Positions 13,482 to 22,973 of a DNA stretch of 64,000 nucleotides are shown in pieces. Positions within the stretch are counted from its first letter, which is position 1; the number at the start of each line of letters is the position of its first letter. Source of the stretch: an uncultured Wenzhouxiangellaceae bacterium. GTDB taxonomy: Bacteria; Pseudomonadota; Gammaproteobacteria; Xanthomonadales; SZUA-36. A program made the translations under genes and the position numbers. The stretch spans positions 10,440-74,439 of the forward strand of contig CAYUBS010000002.1 of assembly GCA_964443145.1 (NCBI GenBank), read 5' to 3'. The notes beneath the pieces were generated by a model. That model was not told where the DNA came from. It saw only the letters and a program-made list of their open reading frames with translations, and did not search any database.

Positions 13482-14811
13482 CGCTAGTCTCCGCTGCGAT
13501 TGGCTGGTCATTCGGCATAGCGGCGTCCAGCCGACTGGAAATGACTTCAGAGAGCCCGGCATCGCCCAGGCGGTCACTGACCGCGTGACAGAATGCCGCG
13601 GTCAACATCCTCCGCGCTTCCGAGTCACTCAGACCGCGCGTACGCATGTAGAAAATGGCAGATTCATCCAACTGGCCAACTGTCGCGCCGTGGCTGGCTA
13701 CAACTTCGTCTGCGTAAATCTCCAGCTCCGGCTTGGTGTCTATTTCAGCCAGCCGGGACAGCAAAAGGTTCGCGTTAGACTGATACACGACCGACTCGTC
13801 GGCACCCGGCCGGATCAGTGCACGGCCATTGAAAACGCCGCGACTACTCCCACCCAGCACACCCCTGAAGAATTGCTTGCTGCTGCATCCGGGGGCTGCA
13901 TGGTCGACACTGATATGGTTGTCGACGTGTCGTTTCTGGTCCAGCACGAAAGCGCCGTCGAAACCCGCGAAGGCCCCGGCGCCCGCCAACTCTGAATGAA
14001 GTTCATGCCGCACCAGGCCACCACCCAGGTCAAACCCACTGTACTGGTAGACGCTGGCCGCCGCCTGCTGGACCGAGGTTGAAGTCAGCAGCACACAGTC
14101 ATCTCCTTCATCCTGAATTCGGACATGGCTCAATTCGGCGTCATTGGAGAGGTCGATCTGGGTCAGCACATTGAGTGCACCACTGGCCGCGCCGACGCTC
14201 TCGTACTGCTCGATGAGATCCAGTTTCGCACCCGGCTCAAGCAATAGAACCAGTCGAAAATTGCCCAGGCGTATAGACTCTTCACCGCTGAATGCCCAGC
14301 GAACCAATAACTTCCCGGCCTGTGTATTCTCATCAACGTGCACCACCAGGCCCTGGTCCAGAAAAGCGGTATTCAAAGCGCTAAACATCCGCCCTGCACC
14401 TTCGAGCTCAACGGCAGCAAGCAGAGGCTGTAGCCGGTCAGCATATTTTTTGAAAGCCTCACGCATGGGTAGCAACGTGACACCCGCCAGCATTTCGGGA
14501 AGCGGCGATGACAAAACACCGTTACCTATAGAAACAACGGCGGCATCTGCACCCAGAACCGGTTCTGGAAAACACGTATCAGCCACAGAGCTCCCATCGC
14601 CCCGAACCGTTGTCGGGCGCAGGCCCTCCAGCAATCGCACCGGCGTGTACTTCCAGGCCTCGTCCTTGCGGGTCGGAAACCCGGCAGAACTAAACTGGCT
14701 TGCGGCGTTTTCCCGCAGTTCCTGTAGCCACACGGGTCCATCCTGGCGCACTGTCGTGCTGTATTCTTCTGACCACTTTTCGACCAGTGGCAAGGTTTCA
14801 GCGGTATTCAT
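13474..14811 (-). CDS. sufD: Fe-S cluster assembly protein SufD
   Basis: 445-aa ORF between sufC and sufS. The C-terminal beta-helix region resembles SufB/SufD (HxxxxSxxxFRGV..., ADEVVASHGATVGQLDE). Confidence 0.88.
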   Translation of the reverse strand: MNTAETLPLVEKWSEEYSTTVRQDGPVWLQELRENAASQFSSAGFPTRKDEAWKYTPVRLLEGLRPTTVRGDGSSVADTCFPEPVLGADAAVVSIGNGVLSSPLPEMLAGVTLLPMREAFKKYADRLQPLLAAVELEGAGRMFSALNTAFLDQGLVVHVDENTQAGKLLVRWAFSGEESIRLGNFRLVLLLEPGAKLDLIEQYESVGAASGALNVLTQIDLSNDAELSHVRIQDEGDDCVLLTSTSVQQAAASVYQYSGFDLGGGLVRHELHSELAGAGAFAGFDGAFVLDQKRHVDNHISVDHAAPGCSSKQFFRGVLGGSSRGVFNGRALIRPGADESVVYQSNANLLLSRLAEIDTKPELEIYADEVVASHGATVGQLDESAIFYMRTRGLSDSEARRMLTAAFCHAVSDRLGDAGLSEVISSRLDAAMPNDQPIAAETSGA

Positions 14812-14823
14812 CGACCGGCCTCC

Positions 14824-15600
14824 CTATGTCCTGATCTGTTCGTTCAGCTGCGTGATACCGCCCTGTTCGAGCCAGCTGTAACCCTGCTCTTCCAGTTTCA
14901 GTGCCAGCTTTGCATCGCCACTGGCAACAATCTTGCCGTCGGCGAGCACGTGAACCATGTCCGGGATGATGTGATCCAGCAAACGCTGGTAGTGGGTCAC
15001 CACGATCATGGAGCGGTCTTCGCTGCGCAGCCGGTTGACACCTTCAGCCACCAGTCGCAGCGCATCAATATCCAGCCCCGAATCTGTTTCGTCGAGGATC
15101 GCCAGTGACGGCTCCAGCACGGCCATCTGGAAAATCTCGTTACGTTTTTTCTCACCGCCAGAGAAACCCTCGTTGACCGCCCGGTGCATCAGGTCATCAC
15201 TGATGTGCAGAATCTTGAGTTTTTCACGAACCCGTTTCAGGAACTCCATTGAGTCAAGTTCAGGCTCTCCACGGTATTTTCGCTGAGCGTTCAGCGCTGC
15301 CCGCAAAAAATAGGTGTTATTCACACCAGGGATTTCTACCGGATACTGAAAGGCCAGGAACACGCCCTCACAGGCCCGTTCCTCGGGCTCAAGCTCAAGC
15401 AGGTCCTTACCCTTGTAAATCACTTCACCCGCAGTGACTTCGTAGCCTTCACGGCCCGCAAGCACATTCCCCAACGTACTTTTGCCGGCGCCATTGGGAC
15501 CCATGATGGCGTGTACTTCACCATCAGCAATCGACAGGTCCAGCCCCTTCAGGATCGGCTTACCACCCACAGTGGCATGTAAATTTTTAACTTCTAACAT
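14824..15600 (-). CDS. sufC: Fe-S cluster assembly ATPase SufC
   Basis: ABC ATPase (GPNGAGKST, SGGEKKR, LAILDETDSGLD). The start is taken at MLEVKNLH (ATG 15600) rather than the upstream in-frame ATG at 15666. Confidence 0.93.
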   Translation of the reverse strand: MLEVKNLHATVGGKPILKGLDLSIADGEVHAIMGPNGAGKSTLGNVLAGREGYEVTAGEVIYKGKDLLELEPEERACEGVFLAFQYPVEIPGVNNTYFLRAALNAQRKYRGEPELDSMEFLKRVREKLKILHISDDLMHRAVNEGFSGGEKKRNEIFQMAVLEPSLAILDETDSGLDIDALRLVAEGVNRLRSEDRSMIVVTHYQRLLDHIIPDMVHVLADGKIVASGDAKLALKLEEQGYSWLEQGGITQLNEQIRT

Positions 15601-15646
15601 GGCTTCATCACTTTCTCTGTATTCGTTGATTATTGAACCGCAGCCC

Positions 15647-17128
15647 TCATCCGACAGCGCCTTCAAGGCTCACTTCCAGCAGGGCTTTCGCCTCGACGGC
15701 AAATTCCATCGGCAATTCACGGAACACCTGCTTGCAGAACCCGTCGACGATCATGGAAACGGCGTCTTCTTCGGAGATTCCACGCTGCAGACAATAGAAC
15801 AGCTGGTCCTCTCCAATTCGCGAAGTAGTCGCTTCGTGCTCCACTTTCGCAGTCGGATTACCCACTTCGATATAAGGGAAGGTATGGGCGCCGCAGCCCT
15901 TGCCGATCAACATCGAGTCGCACTGGGTGAAATTCCGCGCGTTCTCGGCCCTTTTGGAGATACGAACCAGGCCACGGTATGCGTTCTGACCACGGCCAGC
16001 CGAGATGCCCTTGGAAATGATCTTGCTGCGTGTATCGCGGCCGATATGGATCATCTTGGTGCCGGTATCGGCCTGCTGGTAATTATTGGTCAGCGCGACC
16101 GAGTAAAACTCGCCTACCGACCGCTCACCACGCAAAATACAAGAGGGGTACTTCCAGGTGATTGCTGACCCGGTTTCCACCTGGGTCCACGAAATCTTGG
16201 AGCGGTCACCGCGGCAGTCGCCCCGCTTGGTCACAAAGTTGTAGATCCCGCCAACCCCGTTTTCGTCACCCGGGTACCAGTTCTGGACGGTTGAATACTT
16301 AATTTCTGCATCTTCCAGCACAATCAGCTCGACAACGGCTGCATGCAGCTGGTTTTCATCCCGCATCGGCGCAGTGCATCCTTCCAGGTAACTCACATGG
16401 CTGGCGTCCTCAGCGATGATCAGAGTACGCTCAAACTGCCCGGTCTCCGCGGCATTAATCCGGAAGTAGGTGCTCAACTCCATCGGGCACCGCACCCCTT
16501 TGGGGATGAATACGAAGCTGCCGTCTGAGAACACCGCAGAATTCAATGCGGCGAAAAAATTGTCCCGTGGCGGCACAACGGTACCGAGGTACTTCCGTAC
16601 CAGCTCGGGATAGTCCTTGACCGCCTCGGAAAACGAACAAAAAATCACGCCCACCTTTTCCAGGTCCTTGCGAAACGTCGTACCCACCGAAACCGAGTCA
16701 AAAACCGCATCGACCGCAACGCCGGCCAGCCGGGCACGTTCATGCAGGGGCACACCCAGCTTGTCGTAGGTCTCCAGCAGCTTGGGGTCAACGTCATCCA
16801 GGCTTTGCGGCCGGTCTTTGTCGGACTTCGGAGCCGAAAAATAGGAAATGGCCTGGAAATCTATCGGGTCGATTTTCAGGTGCGCCCAATCCGGCGCCTG
16901 CATGTCCAGCCAGCGCCGATAGGCAGCCAGCCGCCAGTCCAGTAGCCACTGCGGTTCTCCCTTGCGTGCCGAGATCCATCGAACAGTGTCTTCGTTGAGA
17001 CCCGGCGGCACTGTCTCTGACTCAATATCCGTCACAAAACCGTGGCGGTATTTCTGTTGTACAAAGTGATCGACAGACGCCGGGTCTGTCGTTACTTGTT
17101 CGTTACTCTGTTCGCTGCTCATGGGCAC
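15647..17128 (-). CDS. sufB: Fe-S cluster assembly scaffold SufB
   Basis: 493-aa ORF with strong SufB signature ([35 protein letters not shown]). Confidence 0.95.
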   Translation of the reverse strand: MPMSSEQSNEQVTTDPASVDHFVQQKYRHGFVTDIESETVPPGLNEDTVRWISARKGEPQWLLDWRLAAYRRWLDMQAPDWAHLKIDPIDFQAISYFSAPKSDKDRPQSLDDVDPKLLETYDKLGVPLHERARLAGVAVDAVFDSVSVGTTFRKDLEKVGVIFCSFSEAVKDYPELVRKYLGTVVPPRDNFFAALNSAVFSDGSFVFIPKGVRCPMELSTYFRINAAETGQFERTLIIAEDASHVSYLEGCTAPMRDENQLHAAVVELIVLEDAEIKYSTVQNWYPGDENGVGGIYNFVTKRGDCRGDRSKISWTQVETGSAITWKYPSCILRGERSVGEFYSVALTNNYQQADTGTKMIHIGRDTRSKIISKGISAGRGQNAYRGLVRISKRAENARNFTQCDSMLIGKGCGAHTFPYIEVGNPTAKVEHEATTSRIGEDQLFYCLQRGISEEDAVSMIVDGFCKQVFRELPMEFAVEAKALLEVSLEGAVG

Positions 17129-17144
17129 TTTCTCTGTTCAGGAC

Positions 17145-17591
17145 CTAAATTGCACTCAGGGTTTTAATACTCAACGGGCCCGGGCTACTGCCTACCGGAG
17201 CCGACATTTCAGCCAGGCTGACATCCCGCAGGGCCTGCGCCACCGCCAGACTGATCCGCTGCCAGTTACTGCGCAAATCACAATTGTCTTCCTGGCTGCA
17301 AAGCCCCTCTTCCACGCTACACTCGGTCATTGCGATGGGACCTTCGATCGCCGCGATTACTTCCGCCACGCTGATATCACTGGCTGACCGGCTTACCTGG
17401 TAGCCGCCACTCGGCCCTCGATAGGACTGCAACAGACCGTTGCCAGCCAGCAACTTCAGCACTTTGCTGGCGGTCGGAGTTTCAACGTGAATGCGCTCCG
17501 CCAGTGCCTGCGCGCTCAGCATTTCGCCTTCGCGCGTTAACTCAACCATTACCAGGATGGCGTAATCCGTCAGTTTGGATATCCGTAACAT
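17145..17591 (-). CDS. Rrf2-family transcriptional regulator (IscR-like, probable Fe-S sensing) heading the suf operon
   Basis: 148-aa ORF with an Rrf2 winged-helix N-terminus (MLRISKLTDYAILVM...) and three clustered cysteines (CSVEEGLCSQEDNC) placed as in cluster-ligating Rrf2 regulators. It lies immediately upstream of sufB. Confidence 0.85.
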   Translation of the reverse strand: MLRISKLTDYAILVMVELTREGEMLSAQALAERIHVETPTASKVLKLLAGNGLLQSYRGPSGGYQVSRSASDISVAEVIAAIEGPIAMTECSVEEGLCSQEDNCDLRSNWQRISLAVAQALRDVSLAEMSAPVGSSPGPLSIKTLSAI

Positions 17592-17599
17592 CGCTATAT

Positions 17600-17616
17600 A
17601 GTACCATATAAGTACT
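17600..17616. promoter_or_regulatory. Candidate Rrf2/IscR-type operator: AT-rich inverted repeat AGTAC-N7-GTACT
   Basis: The sequence tatAGTACcatataaGTACTgtt lies 9 nt upstream of the regulator start codon, in the 79-bp divergent region shared with amgK. It is a palindromic AT-rich site, but the match to published IscR type-1/type-2 consensus sequences is only loose. Confidence 0.3.
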
Positions 17617-17670
17617 GTTTAACGCGTTCTATGCATACCAAGTCGGTGCTGATTCCGGCAAAATACGCCG

Positions 17671-18663
17671 ATGACAGAAATCTCCGCAAGCACCCCGAAC
17701 GTAACTGATCAACGCAGGCAGGCCGCCGCGGACTGGGCAGCCGATGCGATGGGCCTGGAAAAAGTCCGACTGGCAACAGTCTCAGCCGACGCCAGCTTCC
17801 GCCGCTACTTCCGTTTTTCGACCGCAGACCGCTCCATAGTCCTGATGGATGCCCCACCGGAAAAAGAAAACTCCGCCCCGTTTATCGACATCGCTTCGCG
17901 CTTGAGAGCGGCCGGGCTCAAGGCTCCGAATATTCTTGAATTCGACCTGGACCTCGGCTTTGGCCTGTTGGAGGATTTCGGTGACACGCTTTACCGCGAA
18001 CTGATCACCGAGCAAACCGCAGCCAGTATATTTCCTGACTTACTTGCGCTCCTGGAGGGAATGGCGCACCGGGTAAACAGTGCCGGCCTGCCTCACTACA
18101 GTGAAACGGCGCTGGCAACGGAACTCGACCTGTTCACGGATTGGTATCTCGAACGACACCGCCAGCGCCCACTGAGCAACAAGGAAAGGGACGCCTGGGA
18201 AAAAGTCTGCCGGCTGTTAACAGCCTCGGCGCTGGAGCAACCGCAGGTATTTGTACATCGCGACTTCCATTCCTGCAACCTGCTACAGACGCCGGACGGT
18301 CCGGGCATTATCGATTTCCAGGACGGCGTTAAAGGGCCCGTCAGCTACGACTTCGTCTCCCTGGTCTGGGATCGATACATCACCTGGCCACGCAGTCAAC
18401 TGGAGGCGTGGATGCACCAGGTACACGCCAGGCTGCCAGTGGAGTGCAGCGTCGCCGAGTGGATTCGGTGGTGCGACTGGATGGGGCTCCAGCGTAATTT
18501 GAAAATCGTCGGGATCTTCGCCCGCCTGAAACACCGGGACGACAAGGATGGTTACGTGGAGATGATTCCGCGCTTCTACAGCTACCTGCTGGATGTGCTG
18601 CCCCGCTACCCTGAATTTCATGATTTCCACCAGATACTGGAGCAAGATTCATGCGCGCCATGA
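17671..18663 (+). CDS. amgK: N-acetylmuramate/N-acetylglucosamine anomeric kinase (aminoglycoside-phosphotransferase fold)
   Basis: 330-aa APH-fold kinase (VFVHRDFHSCNLL, IDFQD). It overlaps by 13 nt a downstream nucleotidyltransferase gene, the amgK-murU pairing described in Pseudomonas. Confidence 0.75.
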   Translation: MTEISASTPNVTDQRRQAAADWAADAMGLEKVRLATVSADASFRRYFRFSTADRSIVLMDAPPEKENSAPFIDIASRLRAAGLKAPNILEFDLDLGFGLLEDFGDTLYRELITEQTAASIFPDLLALLEGMAHRVNSAGLPHYSETALATELDLFTDWYLERHRQRPLSNKERDAWEKVCRLLTASALEQPQVFVHRDFHSCNLLQTPDGPGIIDFQDGVKGPVSYDFVSLVWDRYITWPRSQLEAWMHQVHARLPVECSVAEWIRWCDWMGLQRNLKIVGIFARLKHRDDKDGYVEMIPRFYSYLLDVLPRYPEFHDFHQILEQDSCAP

Positions 18664-19325
18664 TACTCGCCGCGGGCCGGGGGAAACGCCTCCGCCCCCT
18701 CACCGACAAGCTGCCCAAGCCGCTGGTGGAGATCGCCGGCAAACCCTTGATCGAATACCACCTCGACGCGCTGGCCCGGGCCGGTTTCCGTGAAATTGTC
18801 ATTAACCAGGGGCACCTGGGCGATTTGCTACGGGAGACCCTGGGAGACGGCGATCGTTGGGGTGTCCACATCCACTGGTCGGACGAGCAGCCCGAAGCCC
18901 TGGAAACCGGCGGCGGAATTTTCCAGGCGTTGCCCTTATTGGGGACCGCTCCCTTCCTGGTAATCAACGGCGATGTCTGGACTGATTATCCGCTTACCCG
19001 TCTTAGAGCCGTCAAGTGCGACTGGGCGCACCTGGTCATGGTCCCGAACCCGCCACATAACCCGGAAGGTGATTTCAGCCTGGTTTCTGCACGCATCCGT
19101 AATTCCGGGCCCCATAAACTGACTTTCAGCGGAATCGGTGTTTACCACCCGCGGCTGTTCGATGGCTGCCAGGCCGGCAAGTTTTCTGTCGTACCTCTAC
19201 TGCGCAACGCAATGCAGGAGCAGTTGGTCACCGGCGAAGCATTTACGGGCTGGTGGGACGATATTGGCACCCTCGACAGACTGGAATCCGTTCGGAACAA
19301 GGCCTCCCTGAACAGCAGTGGCTAA
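18651..19325 (+). CDS. murU: N-acetylmuramate alpha-1-phosphate uridylyltransferase
   Basis: 224-aa sugar-1-phosphate nucleotidyltransferase (MILAAGRGKRLRPLTDKLPKPL) translationally coupled to amgK. Confidence 0.75.
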   Translation: MRAMILAAGRGKRLRPLTDKLPKPLVEIAGKPLIEYHLDALARAGFREIVINQGHLGDLLRETLGDGDRWGVHIHWSDEQPEALETGGGIFQALPLLGTAPFLVINGDVWTDYPLTRLRAVKCDWAHLVMVPNPPHNPEGDFSLVSARIRNSGPHKLTFSGIGVYHPRLFDGCQAGKFSVVPLLRNAMQEQLVTGEAFTGWWDDIGTLDRLESVRNKASLNSSG

Positions 19326-19339
19326 AGTGCCGGTTGAAC

Positions 19340-19369
19340 TTGAATATTAGTGTTGTACTGTGGTATAAC
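19340..19369 (+). promoter_or_regulatory. Candidate sigma-70 promoter for the 588-aa lipoprotein gene
   Basis: TTGAAT (19340-19345), an 18-nt spacer, then TATAAC (19364-19369) preceded by TGg. It lies 33 nt upstream of the ATG at 19402. This is a pattern match only. Confidence 0.3.
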
Positions 19370-19401
19370 ACCTTTACACATTAACACCAACGGAAGCCAC
19401 T

Positions 19402-21168
19402 ATGAATTTTATACGCCTGACCACCCTGCTACTGGTTACCTCGCTGTCACTATCAGCCTGTGGAAAAAACGAAGAGTCGTCCATGCCGGCCGCAAATGCC
19501 GGCGATGCTGATACCAGGCTGCTGGCCTATGTGCCCTCGGATACACCCTATCTGGCGGCCAGCCTGGAGCCCATTCCAGCGGACGTCATAGACTCGTACC
19601 TTGCCCGGATGCAACCGGTCATTGACATGCTGCAAGCCGATTTGTCGACTGCCAGGGCCGAACTGGACTCCACCGGTGCGGCAGCCGGCGAAGACCCTGA
19701 GGCAAAGTTGATGAGCGCGGTTCTGAGCGAATTCGACGGCAACCTGAGTCGTTCCGGCCTGGAGAGCCTGGGCATTGACCTGGGAGCGCAAAAAGTAGCG
19801 TACGGCCTTGGCGCTTTTCCGGTCGTACGGGTGGGTCTGTCGAATGCAGAAACGCTACGCGAGACCATACTGCGCATCCTGAAGAATGCTGAAATAAGCG
19901 CACCTGAACAGGATTTTCAGGGTGTAGCGTTCTGGCGACTGGCCGATGATGATTCGTCGGATGTACCCGTAGGCCTGTATGTCTCCATCATGCAAGACCA
20001 CCTGGCACTCGGCCTGTTTCCAATAACAGCCGAGGATGAGCTATTACCCGCATTCCTGGGCCTGGAAATGCCCGCGTCATCTGATGCAGGCGAACGACTG
20101 GTTAAACTGAACAGGACGCATGGCTATACCTCTCACGGGTCCGGCATACTCGAAATGCATGCGCTCGCAGACCAATTCCTACGCCCTGAAAACCTTGCTG
20201 CACGCATGATGGCTGCAAGCGGAGAATTTGATCCCGCAACCCTGACGCAGGAATGTGTCACCGAAATTCACGGCATCATTGATAATGCGCCGCGCATGAC
20301 CATGGGCGTGCAGGAGCTTTCCGCTACAACGATTGCCATGCAATACCGCGTGGAAACCCCTTCCAGCCTGGCCGCTACATTGGCTGACCTGGTTGCCAAA
20401 ATCCCAGTCGCGGACAAGCTGTCAGACCGCATCATGGACCTCGCTTTCGGCATGAAATTTGGTGCTGCCAGGGACTTCTTGCGTCAGAAGGCACTGGCCA
20501 TATCCGAACAGCCTTACCAGTGCGAGCACTTACAAAATATGAATTTGAGCGCCATTCAGGCTCTGGAGAAACTTAACCAGCCGTTACCGCCTTTCGTCAA
20601 TAACTTTCGCGGAGTCCGGATCAGCCTCAGTGAAATCATGATGAACCAGGACACCATTCCGGAAAATGCCAGAGGACACCTTGCCGTGCACGTCGAGCAG
20701 CCCCAGATGTTCGTTGGCATGGCCCAGATGTTCCTACCCGATCTCGCAGAACTGGCATTGCAACCCGGCAGTCCTCCGGTGCGCCTGCCGGAATCCCTGA
20801 TCGAAGTTCCGGGCGTTATTGCTTATGCAGCGATGTCGGAAGATGCGATCGGTATTGCCGTCGGAGAGGGTGAGGAAGCCGGCCTGCCGGATTACCTCGA
20901 TCAGGCCGCGGCGGATGATGGTACGTTCTTTTCGACCAGCTATGACATGGCGGCGTACAAAGAATACACCAGCGTGCTGAAAAGCCATCCTGTGTCAGAT
21001 GACAGTATCAACGACGAGGGTGATAACAGTATGCGGGAGCATAGCAACAAATACATCGAAGCCCTGAACGCTTCTTACCAGGAAATGGCGGGGCGTGGGT
21101 ACATATCAATGGGCTTCGTCGGCGACGGGCTTGTGATTGACAACCGGGTGACGTTCAAACCGCAGTAG
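19402..21168 (+). CDS. Hypothetical lipoprotein, function unknown
   Basis: 588-aa ORF with a clear lipoprotein signal and lipobox (LLLVTSLSLSAC). I recognise no catalytic motif. Confidence 0.8.
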   Translation: MNFIRLTTLLLVTSLSLSACGKNEESSMPAANAGDADTRLLAYVPSDTPYLAASLEPIPADVIDSYLARMQPVIDMLQADLSTARAELDSTGAAAGEDPEAKLMSAVLSEFDGNLSRSGLESLGIDLGAQKVAYGLGAFPVVRVGLSNAETLRETILRILKNAEISAPEQDFQGVAFWRLADDDSSDVPVGLYVSIMQDHLALGLFPITAEDELLPAFLGLEMPASSDAGERLVKLNRTHGYTSHGSGILEMHALADQFLRPENLAARMMAASGEFDPATLTQECVTEIHGIIDNAPRMTMGVQELSATTIAMQYRVETPSSLAATLADLVAKIPVADKLSDRIMDLAFGMKFGAARDFLRQKALAISEQPYQCEHLQNMNLSAIQALEKLNQPLPPFVNNFRGVRISLSEIMMNQDTIPENARGHLAVHVEQPQMFVGMAQMFLPDLAELALQPGSPPVRLPESLIEVPGVIAYAAMSEDAIGIAVGEGEEAGLPDYLDQAAADDGTFFSTSYDMAAYKEYTSVLKSHPVSDDSINDEGDNSMREHSNKYIEALNASYQEMAGRGYISMGFVGDGLVIDNRVTFKPQ

Positions 21169-21174
21169 TTCAGG

Positions 21175-21870
21175 CTAGGATCTGAGAATTTCCCTGGCCA
21201 GTGGCACAGTGATTTTTCGTTTACTGGCAAACGCGGCATCCTTCAATCGCTCCAAAGCCCGGAGCAGTGAAGACATGTCGCGTTTGCTGTATTTGAGCAG
21301 ATAGGTCTGCACGTCCATCGGCAACTCGATCCTGAGCGTCCGGGCGCGCTGCTGAAGAATCGCTGCTTTTCCTGAGTCATCTGGCGGACGCAGGCTTTGC
21401 CGCACACCCCAGGCCATCCTCGACTTCAGATCAGGCAGGTGAAATTCCAGGGCCTCAAGGGGTTCGCAACTGCTGACCAGCAACCTGCCCCGTGCCGCCC
21501 TGACCTGGTTGAAACAGGCAAACAACGCATTTTCCCAAACCGGGTTGCCGGCGATACTGTCCAGGTCGTCGACACAAACCAGGTCGAGCACCTGCAGCCC
21601 TTCAAGACTTGCAGCAGCTTCCTCGGGAAGGCGTTTCGGCGCGATATAGAATGCCGCCAGGCCATTTTCCCTGGCTGCGTGGCAGAGCGCATTGAGCAAG
21701 TGCGATTTACCCGAACCATCGGGACCGGACAGGAACAGGCTGGCTCCGGGTTCATCCAGCAACTGCCGGACCGCAGCCAACGTGTGTTCGTTAGGGCCGG
21801 CAAAGAAATCATCGAAACGGTCGGGCCGGCGCGGCTCGAGTTGCAGCGGGATTTGTGGCGAGAACAACAC
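21175..21870 (-). CDS. hda: DnaA regulatory inactivator Hda
   Basis: 231-aa DnaA-domain-III-like AAA+ protein (GPDGSGKSHLLNA, VCVDDLD). It has the conserved position next to the AI-2E transporter and purMN, as in Pseudomonas-type synteny. Confidence 0.88.
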   Translation of the reverse strand: MLFSPQIPLQLEPRRPDRFDDFFAGPNEHTLAAVRQLLDEPGASLFLSGPDGSGKSHLLNALCHAARENGLAAFYIAPKRLPEEAAASLEGLQVLDLVCVDDLDSIAGNPVWENALFACFNQVRAARGRLLVSSCEPLEALEFHLPDLKSRMAWGVRQSLRPPDDSGKAAILQQRARTLRIELPMDVQTYLLKYSKRDMSSLLRALERLKDAAFASKRKITVPLAREILRS

Positions 21871-22962
21871 TCAATCGCCTTCGTTTGAACCGGGCTCGCG
21901 CAAGTACACTTCGCTCTGTTGATATTGCAGATGAATATAGCGAACCAGGACGTTCAGCGCCGACGCCACCGGCAGCGCCAATAGAATTCCGAGAAATCCG
22001 AATAACTGCCCGCCGGCCAGCACCGCAAATATTACAGCCACCGGGTGCAGGCCCACACGATCCCCCACCAGTTTGGGAGTCAGCACCATGCCTTCAAGTG
22101 CCTGCCCCACAGCGAATACGACGCCTACCAGCACCGGATGCAACACATCCTGGAACTGGAACACAGACGCAATCAGTGCAGCGAACACCCCGGCGAAAGT
22201 TCCAAGGTAGGGCACGACACTTAACAAGCCGGCACCCATCCCGATGATCAGCGCCAGGTCAAGGCCAACCGCCCAGAGCCCTAATGTATAAATTATCCCC
22301 AACGCCAGCATGACCATCAACTGGCCGCGGATAAATGCGCCCAGCACATCTTCAATCTGCTTACTCAACTTGCTAACCACAGGCTCGATATGCCTGGGTA
22401 TCAGCGTCCGAATGCCCTCGATCAACTTATCCCAGTCACGCAGGAGATAGAAAGTCACGACCGGAACCAGCACCAGGTTCATGAGCCAGGTCATAACCGT
22501 CTGGCCTCCCCGCGAAACCGTCCCGATTACACCAAGCAGGGCCGTGCTGGCCTCTTTCCAGTAGGATTGAAGCGCTGTGGTCATGCTCGCCGCATCCAGC
22601 TGGAAAGATGTCAGGCCGAGCTTGACCTGCACCCAGGGCAGCGCGGTGCCGATAAGCCACTCGAACATCTCAGGTGCTTTCACTACCAGTTTCTGCACCT
22701 GGTCGCTAAGCAATGGCAGGAAGATCACCAGGGCGAGCGTCAATACGGTCGATATCAGCAGAAAAACCAGGACCACCGCGACCGTACGATTGACCGGCCA
22801 TTTAAAAAACTTCATGCGCTCCAGTCGGTCTACCAGCGGGTCGCCCAGAAAGGCGAGCCCGGCAGATAAAACAAACGGAGTGAGGACCGGTGCAAGCAGA
22901 TAAAGCAACCAGCCACCGCAGGCAATCAACGCCAGGATGAACCAGTTTCGAGAATCATTCAT
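21871..22962 (-). CDS. AI-2E family transporter (PerM/YhhT-like permease)
   Basis: 363-aa polytopic membrane ORF with typical AI-2E topology and a C-terminal motif (GLHPVAVIFAVLAGGQLFGFLGILLALP). Confidence 0.85.
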   Translation of the reverse strand: MNDSRNWFILALIACGGWLLYLLAPVLTPFVLSAGLAFLGDPLVDRLERMKFFKWPVNRTVAVVLVFLLISTVLTLALVIFLPLLSDQVQKLVVKAPEMFEWLIGTALPWVQVKLGLTSFQLDAASMTTALQSYWKEASTALLGVIGTVSRGGQTVMTWLMNLVLVPVVTFYLLRDWDKLIEGIRTLIPRHIEPVVSKLSKQIEDVLGAFIRGQLMVMLALGIIYTLGLWAVGLDLALIIGMGAGLLSVVPYLGTFAGVFAALIASVFQFQDVLHPVLVGVVFAVGQALEGMVLTPKLVGDRVGLHPVAVIFAVLAGGQLFGFLGILLALPVASALNVLVRYIHLQYQQSEVYLREPGSNEGD

Positions 22963-22973
22963 GATCGTTTTAC

